16,442 nucleotides of DNA from Promethearchaeota archaeon. Its GTDB lineage: Archaea > Asgardarchaeota > Lokiarchaeia > Sigyniarchaeales > SOKP01. Positions 15,086 through 16,442 of the stretch are shown here, piece after piece. Location: the NCBI GenBank assembly GCA_019894975.1, contig JAGXNO010000062.1, positions 1 through 16,442 of the forward strand, read 5' to 3'. Each line of letters starts with the position of its first letter. Positions within the stretch are counted from its first letter, which is position 1. Both the position numbers and the translations under genes were made by a program. The notes under the pieces are model-generated. The model had not been told where the DNA came from. It searched no databases and saw nothing but the letters and a program-made list of their open reading frames with translations.

Positions 15086-16108
15086 ATGGTAGTAAATTTT
15101 CAAGACTTAATACATATTGAAATATCGGTCCCTGATGCTGAGAGGGCATATCAAATCCTCCATAGTGTTTTTGGGGCTGAAAAAGTACAAGAAGAATTCG
15201 CAGGTTTTTTAGATGGTGAATATAACAAGGTTATTCATGTTGGTCTCGGTGATGTGGTTTTACAATTCATTGAACCAGTAGCCGAAGGAAGTTCGTGGGA
15301 TACTCAACTAAAAACGAAAGGTCCTGGAGTTCATAATCTTACTTTTGGTGTAGAAAGTGCCGATGATGCCGCAAATGAAATGGAAAAACTAGGTGGGATT
15401 AAACCACTCTTCACGTTTGATTTAGAATGGAAGAATATGGTTCCTGCTGAAATATTAAAGACAGAAGTGGGAAGAGTATATATGATGGATGCAATGGATA
15501 AATTAGGGTTTCACTTAGAATTTGGTGATAATCCAATGAAAGAAGAAGCTCGAAATTTGCTTCCACAAACGCGGTATGCTACAGGACACGATGAATTAAT
15601 TGGAAATGCATCACCTATGTTACACATAGAGCTCGTTACACCAGATCTAGAGAAGACCTATGAGTTACTCCGCAATGTCTTTGGATCGGAAAAAGTGGAA
15701 ATTGAGTTTGCTGATCTACTTGATTCTCCTTTTATGCACATTATCCATGTGAATTTAAGTAATGTTGTATTGCAATATTGTCAGCCAATGATGAAAGTCG
15801 ATGGTCCAATGGGCAGTTGGTATAGACTTCTAGAAAAATGTGGAACATACGTTCATAATATTACCTTTGTTGTTAATGACATCGATGATGTTGTAAGCAA
15901 ATTTAAAAAAGAGGGTATTGTTCCCTTATTTGATTTTCAAGTTGCATGGGAGAAATTAGATGAGAAAATGAAAGCAAAAAGAAAACCAGTATACATGATG
16001 AATACCCTTGATGTGTTAGGATTCCATATGGAATTTGGAGAAGTTATTTCAGAAGAAGACCGTGATGCCCTTTCAGAATTTTTGTTTATTGATTTAAAAC
16101 AGGATTAA
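15086..16108 (+). CDS. Tandem double VOC/glyoxalase-domain protein, methylmalonyl-CoA epimerase-like
   Basis: Two homologous halves: HIEISVPD/HIELVTPD, VVLQFIEP/VVLQYCQP, VHNLTFGV/VHNITFVV, GFHLEFG/GFHMEFG. ATG 15086 is preferred over GTG 15077. Confidence 0.88.
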   Translation: MVVNFQDLIHIEISVPDAERAYQILHSVFGAEKVQEEFAGFLDGEYNKVIHVGLGDVVLQFIEPVAEGSSWDTQLKTKGPGVHNLTFGVESADDAANEMEKLGGIKPLFTFDLEWKNMVPAEILKTEVGRVYMMDAMDKLGFHLEFGDNPMKEEARNLLPQTRYATGHDELIGNASPMLHIELVTPDLEKTYELLRNVFGSEKVEIEFADLLDSPFMHIIHVNLSNVVLQYCQPMMKVDGPMGSWYRLLEKCGTYVHNITFVVNDIDDVVSKFKKEGIVPLFDFQVAWEKLDEKMKAKRKPVYMMNTLDVLGFHMEFGEVISEEDRDALSEFLFIDLKQD

Positions 16109-16135
16109 CAGAATATAAAGAGATGAATACCTAAA

Positions 16136-16375
16136 ATGATGTTTCAAATATTTAATGAAGATTGGTTAGAATCTTTAGATACATTAGAAGAGATACTATG
16201 GTTTTTATTACTATATCTTATCCTACTCCTTGTTATAGCTATTTTCTTGAAAATTGCTCTAGGATTTTTCAGTAAATCTTCCCATACAGATTTATCAATA
16301 GTATCTTGTTCTGATATATCTATCTGCGATAACACATTTAAATCTTTAATTCTAACTAAAACTCTTGCTTTGTAG
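16136..16375 (+). CDS. Small membrane protein, possibly 3'-truncated
   Basis: ATG 27 bp after the VOC gene. One strong TM (ILWFLLLYLILLLVIAIFLKIALGFF). The tail after SHTD overlaps an opposite-strand ORF. Confidence 0.5.
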   Translation: MMFQIFNEDWLESLDTLEEILWFLLLYLILLLVIAIFLKIALGFFSKSSHTDLSIVSCSDISICDNTFKSLILTKTLAL

Positions 16376-16442
16376 AGCTCATTAGCAGTTGTCAAATCAG
16401 AAAGCATATAAGAATCAGCCGATGGTTTGTCCTTTTGTATAC
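16144..16442 (-). CDS. 3' part of an unidentified ORF entering from the right edge
   Basis: The frame has no stop from the window edge: IQKDKPSADSYMLSDLTTANELYKARVLVRIKDLNVLSQIDISEQDTIDKS... It looks like a soluble protein down to about 16290. Confidence 0.4.
   Translation of the reverse strand, partial: IQKDKPSADSYMLSDLTTANELYKARVLVRIKDLNVLSQIDISEQDTIDKSVWEDLLKNPRAIFKKIAITRSRIRYSNKNHSISSNVSKDSNQSSLNI

Overview
AT-rich window with archaeal-style organisation (TATA-like boxes, oligo-T terminators, little Shine-Dalgarno signal). The gene content suggests an Asgard archaeon such as Lokiarchaeia, but this is inference. The left part is a CoA-ester metabolism neighbourhood: an aldo/keto reductase with an internal in-frame deletion, an IVD-type acyl-CoA dehydrogenase plus MaoC hydratase, a V4R/MetOD1-like protein, a crotonase lacking the usual catalytic acids, a zinc-ribbon membrane protein, and a GctA/GctB-type CoA-transferase. 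The right part carries a radical SAM protein, PatB/MalY C-S lyase, flavodoxin, a wHTH-methyltransferase and a tandem double-VOC protein. The most notable structure is in the middle. The divergent 'gctA <- promoter -> radical SAM' junction occurs twice (about 6562-6927 and 10522-10800) with reciprocal decay, and the coding remnants differ almost only at synonymous sites. Between the two copies lies a roughly 3.5 kb four-gene cassette of unknown function: two membrane proteins (one built from about five 2-TM repeats) divergent from a winged-helix protein coupled to a 4-TM protein, with a perfect 22-bp palindrome and a second copy 21 bp away in the shared promoter region. No rRNA, tRNA, CRISPR array or intact mobile-element gene was recognised.
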